Assembly (NCBI RefSeq): GCF_018350175.1
Contig: NC_058368.1
Coordinates: 197,534,001-197,598,000, forward strand
DNA: 64,000 bases
Direction of reading: 5' to 3'
Source of the DNA: Felis catus
Taxonomy: Eukaryota
A program made the position numbers and the translations under genes. The first letter of the stretch is position 1. Each line of letters opens with the position of its first letter. Below the pieces are notes generated by a model. The model searched no databases, had not been told where the DNA came from, and saw only the letters and a program-made list of their open reading frames with translations. This document shows, in pieces, positions 37,594-49,642 of this stretch.

Positions 37594-38887
37594 AAAAAAA
37601 TTTCCGTTAAATACATCAAAATTATACTAGATTTCTAGACTACCTTCCAGCTATAAAAACTCACTGACTCTGTGGACATTCCAGGTGAAATAAAACAATA
37701 AACGTGTTCATTATTCTTAGACATCTGCTGGCATTTCCGAACTGAGACTTCCTTGGTGACGTTTATTAAACCTGTCTCTTATGTATAAATGTGCCCTCAG
37801 GCTTGGGTAATTGTGGGCCCAAGAGCAGAGAAAGAGAAGAGAGTTTCCTTTGGAGTCTCTGTAGTTCCAATTCAGCAGAAAGACAACCTGGGAGTGACCA
37901 AAGATAGTTTTTCTTTAAAAAAAAAAAAAGAGTGCCTGCTTACATAACACTATGAAGAAATCAAAGATAGAGTCTTTTTGAAGCTCTTAACCTTTGTCTG
38001 TGATTTCTTCCTGTCATTATCAATGTGCAAACGGAGATTTTATTCACCTTTAAGTTCTTGGGTCTTTGCAATCTATTGTTTTATTTTTTCCTCTTTGCAT
38101 TACTTTATCGGTGCGTCTTTATGGCCTTTGCAGCTCCCTCTTTGATGGCTGCATGGCACGCCAGGGCTTTCATGCGTCTTCACGCCCCTTATCAACTCTA
38201 ATTTGGGGCATTTGGGTGGTTTTCATTTTGTCATCGCACTGCCGTGTATCGTCTGCTACCTGTCCTCACCTGTAACTGCCTCACCTCCAGAATCTCCAGC
38301 TCCTAAGTTCTTCTCCTTGACTATGAGCTTCTCTCTCCCTTCCTCCAAACCCATCACCTGTGACTCAACACCCTGCCAGCCTGGCTCAACCATCCCCTGC
38401 CTTTTCCGCTGCCTGGAGAGCAACTGGTCACTATTCCTACGTACGGTGTTCAGCTATAGCATATAAGCCGTGTCTATTATCATGGTAATGATCATTATGG
38501 TGATCACAGTTATCAAATTCAGGGTCAGTGTCTTATTCGTCTTGACCCAACCCACTACCCAAGAGCGTCTGACTCGCAGAATCATTCCAAAGTTACTTGC
38601 TCCATGAGTGGGATAATTTCAATATTCATTATTTTTTATTAAATGTTCTTTTGCAGGTTAAATAACAATCCCTTTTACATTTTTAACGTATAAAAAAACA
38701 CACCGAGTTCCTGAAGGACAGAAAACATATCTTATTTTTCCTCTTATATCTAATATCTGCCTGATTTCTGTTAAAGGTTGATAGAGAACTTTATTACAAA
38801 AGTCTTTCCGACGGGTTTTGCTTTTGTTAACGATTTGCTAGTTTAACAAAAAAATCCAGTTTTTTAATGGTAATAAGCTGTATTTAA

Positions 38888-39102
38888 ATTTTTTTTCAAC
38901 GTTTTTTATTTATTTTTGGGACAGAGAGAGACAGAGCATGAACGGGGGAGGGGCAGAGAGAGAGGGAGACACAGAATCGGAAACAGGCTCCAGGCTCCGA
39001 GCCATCAGCCCAGAGCCTGACGCGGGGCTCGAACTCAGGGACCACGAGATCATGACCTGGCTGAAGTCGGACGCTTAACCCACTGCGCCACCCAGGCACC
39101 CC
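38888..39102 (-). mobile_element. Young felid Can-SINE (SINEC_Fc-type)
   Basis: 17-bp TSD TAATAAGCTGTATTTAA (38871-38887 and 39105-39121). Confidence 0.96.
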
Positions 39103-39204
39103 AATAATAAGCTGTATTTAATCAGAGGGAAAAATTCTCTTACCCTATGGAGGAATTTCATTTGCTTAGGTTCAGTTTTGAATAATCTCATGATAAAATA
39201 AATT

Positions 39205-39385
39205 AAAAAAAATTTTATTTTAGAGACAGAGAGTGCGTGAGAGGGAGACAGGGAGAGAAACTCAAGCAGTTTCCACCCTCAGCGAGGATCCCAATATGGG
39301 GCTCGATCCCAAGACCCTGGGATCATGACCTCAAGCTGAAATCAAGAGTCAGACGCTTAAATTGATTGAGCCACCCAGGAGCCCC
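39205..39385 (-). mobile_element. Older Can-SINE
   Basis: gggctcgatcccaagaccctgggatcatgacc...gagccacccaggagcccc; TSD-like TAAAAT(A/G)AATT. Confidence 0.9.
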
Positions 39386-40209
39386 TAAAATGAATTTTTA
39401 TACTTTTCTTGTAAATTAAAAACATAGAGTATTTGTGGTGAAAATTTGAAAAAATATAATTTTCATTATCTTTTTGTGGTAATAATAACAGTTCTTGAAT
39501 TTTTCTATTTTTCTCCTTGGGCCATTAGTCAGTTTACATCTCTCTGTTGCCTTTTGGGTCCATTTTGGTCATCTCTAATTTTGTAAAGGATTATCCATAT
39601 CAGCAAAAATTCAAGTATATTAGCATGCCACTTGAATAAGAAGGAGGAGGAGGAAGAGAAGGAGGAAGGTGATGGAGAAAGAGGGGGAGGGGAAGACAGA
39701 CGAAGAAGGAGAAGGAAAACTTCTAAAGGCACTTTTTCCAAAGTAATAATACATGCATATAGTTACAAAATTCAAGCTGTAGTTTATAATGAATAATAGC
39801 CGTCTTCTGCCCCACTGGTTCCTATGAAGGTTCATTCCCGAGCCACCCACTTTCAACTCTTTCCGCTGTATCTTCCATTATCTATCTCAACAGTTCTGAA
39901 TAACCCGCTTATGCTGCCATTCGTTTTTTAGTAGCTGTGTTTTGGCTCTGCCCTGTTCCCATTCGTAGAAATCCCGGGGCCTGGCTCCTGAGTCGGGGAT
40001 CGTAGGCTCTCCCTCCTTCCAAGATTCTGTTGGAGTCGCAAGTTGGAGACTGTCTTCTCTTCTCTTTTTGCCATTGTTGACGTACAACTTCAAACACAAT
40101 ATCTTTCACTGTCTATTTAATGGGCTTCCGAAGGGAATGGAGATCAATCATATTCACAACCTGCCACGCTTAACTGGCAGTCTCTAATAACTTGTTTTAA
40201 AAATTCAAT

Positions 40210-41070
40210 TAATTAATAAGTTATTTCATTGTGATAGGTAAACTATTCTTAGGGCTCAAAACTCAAAAGTTATAAGAGGGTGCAGAGAGAAAACTCTTTT
40301 TACCGTGGCCCCTGGCCAACAAGTTCTCTGCAACCAACGTCAACAGTATCTCCTAGAGATGTATTACGCATGTACGTGCAGATACATCCACACGTTATCT
40401 TTGCTCCCATACACAGAGCTCTGCAGACTGCTTTCCTTCCCCCCCCACCTAACAAATATATCTGGGAAAACCTTCCTTGCCTTGATATAAAGAGATTTTC
40501 ATTTTTTACTAGTGGCATAGTATATTTATTTAAACAGTTCCCCGTTAAGATTCACCCATATATTTTCTAATATTTTGTCATTATTGTCAGTGTTACAGTA
40601 ACTAACCTTGTTCTTTGTCATTTTGCATGTCTGTTAATTGAGTTATAGGATGAATTCCAAGAAGTGCAATTGCTGAATCAAAGAGAACCTGCTGGTTCTC
40701 TATCTATTTCATTAGATACCAGCAAATTGCCTTCCAAAAAAGTTGTCCAATTTACATCGTTCATTTTGGCAAAGTTTTAAAGTATTTCTTTCATTACAAA
40801 TGGTGTGGGTCATCTTCTCATATAGTTAAGAGCCAACTGAATTTTCTTTTCTGTGAACATCTCACCTACCTTTGCCCACTTTTCTATTGGGTGGTGATCT
40901 CATTTTATCAGTTTTCAGAGATGATATGTTAAAGGAAGCAACATGTCAGTCATATGAGCTGCATTTTTCCCAATGTGTCATTTGTCTTTTAATTTTTCTC
41001 ATAGTTTATTTTTCTGTATAGGTATTTTTTAAATTTTTATATAGTCTAATTGATTTTAAAAAATCAATCC
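40210..41070 (-). mobile_element. Ancient L1 (L1ME-like) antisense fragments
   Basis: ccaagaagtgcaattgctgaatcaaag...caaattgccttccaaaaaagttgtccaatttaca...tttgcccacttttctattggg. Confidence 0.6.
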
Positions 41071-41074
41071 ACAA

Positions 41075-41927
41075 TGGATTATTCCCAGACCTAAAAACCC
41101 AATAGGATTCACCTTGCTGGGTTTTGGACTTGCTTGGGACCAGAGACCCCTTGACTCCTCCCCACTTCTCTCTATGGGGATGGGAATGGGTGTTCTGTGC
41201 CTGTCCCTGCATTTTAGAAGTAATAACTTGTTTCCTAGTTTCACAGGGCCATAGAGGAAGAAGAATTTTGCTGCAGGACAGATGAAACCCAGAGTGTCAC
41301 TCATACTTGATTTAAATGATGAACCTTGGGACTTTTTGAGGTGGCAATATGTACCTAAGATTTGAATTTGGAGTTGATGCTGGAATGAACTAAGACTCTA
41401 GAAGATGTTGGGGTTAGTGGATGTCCTTTGTACATGAACTGGATATGAATTTTAAGAGGCTAAAAGGTAGACTGCAGTGAGTTGGAAGATGTCCTCCCTG
41501 AATTCATGTACACCTGGAACCTCAAAATAGACCCTTATTTGGAATAAAGGTCTTTTCAGACGTAATCAAGTTGAGAATCAAGATGAGAGTATATTGGATT
41601 TAGGAAGCCTAAAACTCAATGAGAATTTCCTTAGAAGAGACAGAAGAGGACATACAGAGACACAGAGAAGATAGTGACATGAATATGGAGGGAGAGCTTG
41701 GAGCGATGAATCCACAAGTTAAAAAACACCAAAGATTTCTGGCAATCACCAGAAGCCAGCAGAGAGGCATGGGACAGTTTCTGCCCTTAGGCCCCCAAAG
41801 AAACCAATCCTGCCGACATCTTGACTTTGGACTTCTAGCCTCCTGAGCCCTGAGGGAGTTAATTTCTGTTCCTTGAAGCCACCCAACTGGTGGTAATTTG
41901 TTATGGCAGTCCAAGAAAACTAATAAA
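41075..41927 (+). mobile_element. MaLR (MLT1C-like): 3' internal segment (41075-41472) plus 3' LTR (41473-41927)
   Basis: MLT-int motifs (ttgctgggttttggacttgcttgggacc, gagttgatgctggaatg), a purine-rich tract before the LTR TG, and an LTR ending gtaatttgttatggcagtccaagaaaactaata. Confidence 0.82.
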
Positions 41928-42813
41928 TTTACTAACCTGGGATACAGAAAGCGGTAGAGAGCTGGCGGTGTAGATGGGAATAGTAAGAGAGGATGGCTGA
42001 AGTCATGGACATGTATGGGATTGTCATTCGAGAAATATTTACCCTCTAAACATTTGAACTCCTCTTCAGTGCATATCTTATAAATACTGGGATGAATCAG
42101 CTATGGGTCCTACACTACGCCCACAATCTAGAATGCCTAGTTTGAGCAGGCGAAGAAGTGAGATGGTGAGCCCTAGGAAATACCATGTGTAGGGAATCCT
42201 GAGGAAGACCTGAAAAAAGGAAGCAGAGGACTGGTTGGGGATCCAGGGGAAAGACTATGAAAGGGCATGACCACTGAGGCCAAGAGGAGAAAATCCGCAG
42301 AGGAGGGGGATGGTCAGTGGTGGAAACTGCAGAAGGGAACAAAGAGTTCAAGACTGACATTTGCGCTGGGGGGCCTCGGGGTTAGACAATGAAGTCATAG
42401 TTGACGTGTAGCAACGGCCAGAGCACGGCAGGTCAGAGTTCATGTATCAAGGTGCCATTTCTCAGAACCTCAGAACTAATGCCTTCTTCACAGCTTACTG
42501 CCTCTTATTCGTTCAAAAAACATGAACCAGTACAAAGCCGGCTGCAGGGGTACAATGAGGGACGAGAGGGCACAGGCCCTGTGCTCTTGGATCTTAGGGT
42601 GCATTCAAAGAAGCAAATATTAACCAGCAAAACCTGGAAAGTATTCTTTCACTTCACCTGCCATATGTGTGATGAAGGAAGGTGCACTGGCGACCTCTGA
42701 AGGGCCAATCCACCCTAGTGTTCTGGGGGAGCAGCTGAGCATAAAAGCATGTGGCATAGCTTACGTTTCATATGCCTCAGTCAATACTAAAGGAAGTCTA
42801 GCATCTTTTACTT

Positions 42814-43030
42814 AAAAATTTTTTTAACGTGTATTTATTTTTGAGAGAGACAGAGCGTGATCGGGGCGGGGGGGGGAGCGGCAGAGACAGAGGGAGACAC
42901 AGAATCCGAATTGAGTTCCAGGTTCTGAGCTGTCAGCACAGAGGCAACATGGGGCTCGAACTCACAAACCGCGAGATCATGACCTGAGCCGAAGTCAGAC
43001 GCTGAACCGACAGAGCCACCCAGGGGCCCC
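42814..43030 (-). mobile_element. Can-SINE
   Basis: TSD GCATCTTTTACTT (42801-42813 and 43033-43045). Confidence 0.94.
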
Positions 43031-44070
43031 TGGCATCTTTTACTTTAAAGCTGAGGAAATTGAGGCTCAGAAAAGTTCACTGACCTGTAGTGTGCCGTTA
43101 GAAAGGCCAAGGTCACAATCTAAACCCACATCCTAGTCTGTGCTCTTTTCTAAACTGTGCTAACCCCCATTATACCCACATGTATCTCTAAATCTATATG
43201 TATACATGCATGAGGTATGAATTAAATTATTAAAAAGTACTTTTCCTGGACTATGGGTCCATTTAAATTGGGGATGGCACCCATACTTGAAGAACCCATT
43301 TATGTCATTCCAGCCCTTTACCTGTATTGCCATAGGCCACCCGAATTCTTTTTAGGAAATAGGTGAGTGGTACATCATAAATACAGAGTAGTTCCCTCAT
43401 CTACGGCCTGGGGCGTCTCAGTTCTGGAATCGTCAGGAAATACTTCACGGATGCTGCCACCTTGATGGGCGATATCTGCATCACAGGGCCTGAGAGGATT
43501 TTCGTGGTGAGAAAGTTCTGTTTATGTTTGGAGAGCCCTCTCCCCCGGGGTCTCTCACGGCTCAGTTGCCAGGACATCAGTTACGACCCTCTCCGCGGGC
43601 CACCCAGTCTCCTTCAGGCCCAGTAAGGGGCCCACTAAGTCTTAGCGGAGCCCAAGGCCTCTCCTCTGCGTCGGGGCCGCTCAGGAAACCCATGTTTATG
43701 TGCCGAAGCCCTGCCCTCTCTTGACTGTAACGCTCTCCTGGAAACTGTGTGGAAAAGCAGATGGCCGAACAGCGGCCTGAATTTTCCCAGTAACTGCCGC
43801 TGGTTCTCCATTGGTAACCAAGGACTACACGAAACACCGTTCAAGGGCAGGACCCTCGGTGGGTCTGAAAGCAAAAGGCACAGCCGCCGGCTCTCACGGA
43901 ACCTTTGAGGTCAGTGCCTCGCGCTTACTCCCTCAACCAGACAAACAGGCACAAGTATATTCGCGCCCATTGCTCATTGCAAGAGGCGGCATATGCTATA
44001 AATAACACACGCAGGACCCGAAACCTAACTGGGACGTCAGGCTGACAGTCGGTGGCTGAGAGCTTGCTTC

Positions 44071-44448
44071 TGAAAGGGCGGGCCTACGCTGGCCGACTCC
44101 ATCTTGTTCTGTGTCCTTCACCTAGACCACGCCTCCTCCCCTTGAGTAACCTCCCTCTCACCCATTCAAACTTCCTAATCAAAACACGCCCAGCGACCTG
44201 CGTAACAGGACTCTGACCCTTCCCCAGCCAATCGGCCGAGGCCACGCCCCTTCCCCAGCCAATCGGCTGCCCCTAGACCCCTATAAAACCTTTGTGCTTT
44301 TGAAACTCGCTCTCTCCCTGGTATCTCACCGCTGCGTCGATGCAGGTAGGGGATTGAGCTCGAGCTAGCTCGAATAAAGGCTCTTTTGCTTTTGCATCAG
44401 ACTCGGCTCCCTGGTGGTCTTTGGGGATCACGAATTCTGGGCATAACA
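44071..44448 (+). mobile_element. ERV1/gammaretrovirus-like solo LTR, 378 bp
   Basis: TGAAAG...ATAACA termini, perfect 4-bp TSD CTTC (44067-44070 and 44449-44452), duplicated CCAAT module, TATAAAA at 44282-44288, AATAAA at 44373-44378. Confidence 0.9.
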
Positions 44449-45058
44449 CTTCCTGCAGAAGCGGGAGGGGGAAGCGAAATGAGTTGTGAGGCCCTGGGCA
44501 CCGGGTGAGAATCTTGGCTGCATCACTTTTGGCCAGTTCACCTGGGCGGTTGTATAATCTCTTCTGCAGGCTTGTTCGCTTCCGCTGTAAAATGGGAATG
44601 ACATCTACACAAAGATATTTTGAGGATTACCAAAAAGAAGAGTATAAAACACGTAGCACAGGGCCTCAGTACCGGAGACGCTCAGGAAGCATTCATTTGC
44701 CTCTCTCTGCCTTTTTCCTTAATGTCTCAAAAAGAGAAATGCTGGAAGATGGTTGGAAGAATTCAGATCTCTGAGGAAAACGGCTTGGGTAATTTTGAAT
44801 ATTCCCTTGGAATAATATTTTTTTTTAATATTAAGCCAGCTGTTCGTATTTCATGTGACTCCTAAGAGTTCCTAGAGATTTTATAGCCCGGAGTTAAACA
44901 ATATATACTCTGATAAGAAAACGTTGATTTGCAAAAATACCATCTTACTGAGAGGGGAAGAAAAATATTTCTTGAATGTGGGCTTTACTATAAGGAGGCA
45001 AGCCAGGAGAATCGCAGCTTAGGTTATATATCCACCGTGGATTAAGAAGGATGATGAA

Positions 45059-45219
45059 GGGGCGCCTGGGTGGCTCAGTCAGCTGAGCGTCCGACTTTGG
45101 CTCAGGTCGTGATCTCGCGGTTTGTGAGTTCGAGCCCCGCGTCGGGCTCTGTGCCGACAGCTCGGAGCCTGGAGCTGCTTCAGACTCTGTGTCTCCCTCT
45201 CTCTCTGCCCCTCCCACAC

Positions 45220-45268
<49 letters not shown>

Positions 45269-45308
45269 AATAAATAAACATAAAAAACTACAAAAAAAAA
45301 AAAAAAAA
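45059..45308 (+). mobile_element. Can-SINE with expanded (CT)n
   Basis: Full SINE body, long CT run, A-tail. Confidence 0.95.
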
Positions 45309-46803
45309 GAATGAGGATATGAAATAAGGGCCACCCCCACCAGACCAGGGAGGTGGTACGTCCAAACCTGGGGTGGAAATGGGGTCCACGTGGGAACCCC
45401 CCAAAAGGCTTGAGAGATGGCCCGGAGCAGGGATAGATACCAGTAAGTGGCATGGGAAGAGTGTAAGCCTTGCATTTGGCCTGGCACATGATACTTCTGC
45501 CCACTTGTTAGGAGAGCAGTGGAAAAGCAATGCTGGGGGGGGGCGGGAGGTACCTGGATGGGTGGGGGTAAGAGTGGGGAAGCCCTAGTCACCTTGGCCT
45601 GGGGAGATTTCTTGCATAAGACCTCAGTTGAAAAGAGAAAGGGAGAAGGATCCTGCTCCTTGTAAGGATAACAAACAAAACCTAAAACCACTGAGCGAGA
45701 GGAATTTCCAGTCCCTTCCTCACTCCAGATCAGTTTGACATTCAGCGTATTCCAGTGGAGTCTTGAGATCCATGGTGAACCGGAGCGCAGGGGATCTCCC
45801 GCCCTGAGGGCAAAGTCTCAGGAAACAGGCAGCTCCGTTGCCTCTCCCCAACGAGGAGGAGACCTAGCAGGGCCTTAGCAAGTTGGCCATCCTCTTCCAA
45901 CCCCACTTCTTGGGTTCCAGGGTCATGGGCACCCACACACGGAAGACAGCTCTTCTCCCGCAGTGAAGCCTCAGGTAACAACGGTCTTACAGGAATGATT
46001 CCTGACCAGATCCTGTGCCTGTGACTCGGGGGAGGGAGCCCCTGCCTTGACGTTTCCCATTCCTTTAAACATCATGAAAATCTGTATTTCCTAGGCCACA
46101 GGGGGGAAAAATAGGGTCATTCGAATAACCGCAAAAACAGTTTGTCTTTGGTGCTGCCCTTCCGCCCTCTCTCTGGAAGCACCAGTTCCCTCTATGCATA
46201 CCAGATCTGTCGGAAGTCCTCAGGAGATGTCTCCCGGGTAATTCAAAGACTGGCTATCCAGGTGCTATGTGCTCTGCCTTTTTTTTTTTAATTGGGTTCG
46301 TATCTGATTGCTTCTATCCCTGCTGGAGGCAGATATGCTATGAAGAATGCTGAGTGGGGGGCGTGGAGGGGGAGAGAATCTGCATATCAGATGAGGGGTC
46401 CCGCTTATGTGCAAGTCCAGAACTTGGGGCCTGGCTTCAGGTTGCCTGGAATTAAATCTTAGCTTTACTACTTGGTGGTTATTCAACCTTGCAGATCTCA
46501 GTTTCCAGAGAAAAAAATGATGATACCTGCTTCAATGGCACCTGTTTAAATGAGATGATCCGTATAAAGAATTGAGTACTTTTCCTTGATTAAATGTCAA
46601 TTCTTTCTCCTTATTACCTCTATTACTCTTAATTGTTCTCTCCATCCTTTTCTGGTCCACTTCTCTGGAGACTTCAGTGCCCAGCAGACCTGACCCCCGT
46701 TTCCTCCCGTGGAATCCCGAAGAAAACTCAGTGTAGGCCCAAGGGAGGTTGCTGCGTAGACCTGATTAAATTCCTATCATTAAGAATATGAGCCACTTGT
46801 TGC

Positions 46804-47304
46804 GGGGCCCCTGGGCAGCTCAGTCAGGTAAGTGACCAACTTTGGCTCAGGTCATGATCTTGCAGTTTGCGAGTTCGAGCCCCGAGTGGTGCTCTCTGTT
46901 GTCAGCACAAAGTCTGCTTCAGATCCTTGGTCTCCCTCTCCCTCTTCACCTCCCCCGCTTGCTTTCTCTCTCAAAACAAAACAAAACAAAACAAAACAAA
47001 AAATAAAAACAAAACAAAACTTAAAAAAAGAATTTGAGCCACCTGTTGGGATGATCACTGGGTGTTACACGTAAGTGATGAACACTACGTTGTACATTAA
47101 CTAACTTGAATTTAAATAAAGAAATTAAAAAAAAACAAGGTAAAAAAATAAAAACAAAGCAAACAAAAAAAAAAAGAACTTGAACCCAGTGGGGTGCCTG
47201 GCTGTCTCAGTTGGTAGTGTGTGTGACTCTTGATCTCAGGGTTGTGAGTTCGAGCCCCACGTTGGGTTTATCTACTTAGAAATAAAATCTTTAAAAAAAA
47301 AAAA
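46804..47304 (+). mobile_element. Tandem cluster: Can-SINE (46804-47027), L1 3' stub (47040-47173), short tRNA-Lys-like SINE (47191-47304)
   Basis: Three A-tailed retroelements separated by four copies of an AAGAATTTGAGCC-like target sequence. Confidence 0.9.
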
Positions 47305-47958
47305 AAGAATTTGAGCCTAGTATTTAAGAATACATTTTATTACATTTATTACATAAATTAGCCTATTTGTTTTTATTATCATACAAATGATACATGCACG
47401 TGATATAATATTTAGGCAATATCAAGACATTTCCAGTGAAAAATGTTGCCTTCCTCTCTCCCTAGATCCTTAGCCTCACTGCTTTCAGGCAACTGCCTTC
47501 AGCAATTTCTCGAACGTTCTCTCAGAAACTTTTTGTGCATGTACACTAATATATGTATGTAATTGGACCAGGTCTGAGCTTGCTGCATAATTTTGCTGGA
47601 ATAAGTAAATGAAATCTGTCATGCTTGAGGGATGGCCTTCCTTCAGGTGGTGCAAGACCCTGGGGAACTTAAATGGTATGGAAAGTAGGGAAGGCTGGGT
47701 CCTGACTGTAGCAGCACAGTTCCCCACCAGCGTTACTCCTATGGCTGCTGTTCCATGCGGCTGGCCGTCACTGGTCCTCCCAGTGAGCTCAGATGCAGCC
47801 TTAATACCCGTTCTTTGTACTGAGCCCAGGCTCAGCTACATGGACCCTCTCAGTTTCTCTCAAGAACACATGACTTAGATTCCACGTTCCACAGACATTT
47901 AGCTATCAGTACTCTAGAAAGTTCTCCGTAAAAATCCTGAAACGCCACAATACTTCTT

Positions 47959-48173
47959 TTTTTCTTGAAATATTTATTTATTTTTGAGAGACAGAGAGAC
48001 AGAGCACTAGTGGGGGGGGGAGCAGAGAGAGAGGGAGACACAGAATCGGAAGCAGGCTCCAGGCTCCGAGCTGTCAGCACAGAGCCCCAACGCGGGGCTC
48101 GAACCCACAAACTGCGAGATCATGACCTGAGCTGAAGTCGGCCGCTTAACCGGCTGAACCACCCAGGCGCCCC
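47959..48173 (-). mobile_element. Can-SINE
   Basis: Antisense body; CCACAATACTTCTT on both sides (47945-47958 and 48172-48185). Confidence 0.95.
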
Positions 48174-48664
48174 ACAATACTTCTTAACCTCAGAGAAGCT
48201 TCTTCTCAGTCAGACCCATCTTCTCCTGAACACAAAGCCTGAGTTTCCACCCCTTCTGGAAACACCCAGGAGAATTCCCTAAATGCCTAGGAAGGGCTGG
48301 CTGAGGTTTGTCATCCCCTCATCCAGCATGATTTGATTTTGGCCATACAACCAAGAACTACTGACAAGCTTCTAGAGAAAGAGTGCCCTGAGATCCTAGC
48401 TGTGAGAAGCTCGATGTGCTAGGAGCAAAGAATACAAACACAAACAGACCCAGTCCTGGCCTTTAAGTCGTCTGTCACGTAGAGTAGAAGAAAGACAATT
48501 GAAGATTTAAACCGTGTGCTAAGCGTTCGCATGAAAGAGGCACACAGATGCCATGAAACACGGTGGAGAGGCTCTAGATCGGATTCCGGGGGAGTCCTGG
48601 AAGGCTTCCTGGGAGAAGCGATACATAGTTGCAAAAATTTTTAAACGTCATTTAAAAAATAAGG

Positions 48665-48960
48665 CAGTTTGCGTAGTGTGACATGTTCAGACGCCAAAGT
48701 TAGACAGACTTGGGCTGGAACTCTGGCTCTACCATTTGTCGGTTTTAGGACACTGGGCCGGTGACAACACACATCCTTTGAAAATTTGGTTTCTTTCACC
48801 GTCTATAAAATGGTGATGGAAACAGCACCTACTGTTTTTATGTCTCTCAGAGTATTACTGTGAGAAGCAATTACTATGAAATACATGCCGTTCTTAGCTT
48901 AGGGTCTGGAACACATTTGCCCTTCAATCAATAATTGTCGTGACTTTTATTGTTATTATT
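48665..48960 (+). mobile_element. MIR SINE remnant
   Basis: agacagacttgggctggaactctggctctaccattt...tctataaaatggtgat...ttactgtgagaag...ttcaatcaataattg. Confidence 0.65.
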
Positions 48961-49440
48961 GTGCCACACACTAGTGCATGGATATAATCGGATTTTCCAA
49001 ACATGCGATTCTCCTTGTATTTTCATAAATATTACAGAAAGCCTTTATCCCTTCGTCAGAAAAGTTTTGCGAGGGACATCACAGATGCAGTTGGGTATAT
49101 GAAGAATCTACGAGAAGGTGCCAGAGAGGAGGCTGTATGGGACCTTGGGTGAATGCCAGTCAATCAGGATTTTTATCTGGAAACCTCCCTGGAATTTGGA
49201 ACTAAAGCTGGAAGCCAAGGTGGGAATGGGGGGAGGGCGGGGGACTGCTGTGGGCCTTTAGCATCCCTGCCCACGTCCAGTCCCCTCCCATCTGGAGGGC
49301 ATGGCAACATCGACAATAAGGCAAGGGCTCCCCCTCCTTTGGACTATCTTCTCCATCTCCAGAAAAACACAAACAAAATGGAAGGAAGGAAAAGACACAA
49401 TGGGCAAAATGTTAGGAAACACCTTCCCTTCAGAGTTCCT

Positions 49441-49642
49441 GGACTATAGCTAATAATACTGGGTTACACACTTGAAACTTGCTAAGAGAGTAAATTTTAA
49501 AATTCTTATTACATGAAACAAAGTTCCTTAACTATGGTGATAGATGTTAACTAGACTTACTGTGGTAATCATATCACAATATATACAAATATCGAATCCT
49601 CATGTTGTACACCTAAAACTGATTTATAGGTCAGATACCTCG
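49441..49642 (+). mobile_element. L1MA-type 3' end fragment
   Basis: gactatagctaataatact...gctaagagagtaaatttt...gatgttaactagacttactgtggtaatcat...tgttgtacacctaaaact. Confidence 0.8.

Noticed and set aside
42687..42706. CTCF-like motif on the minus strand (GGCCCTTCAGAGGTCGCCAG)
   Set aside because: Several core mismatches; cannot be supported without a PWM score or ChIP data.
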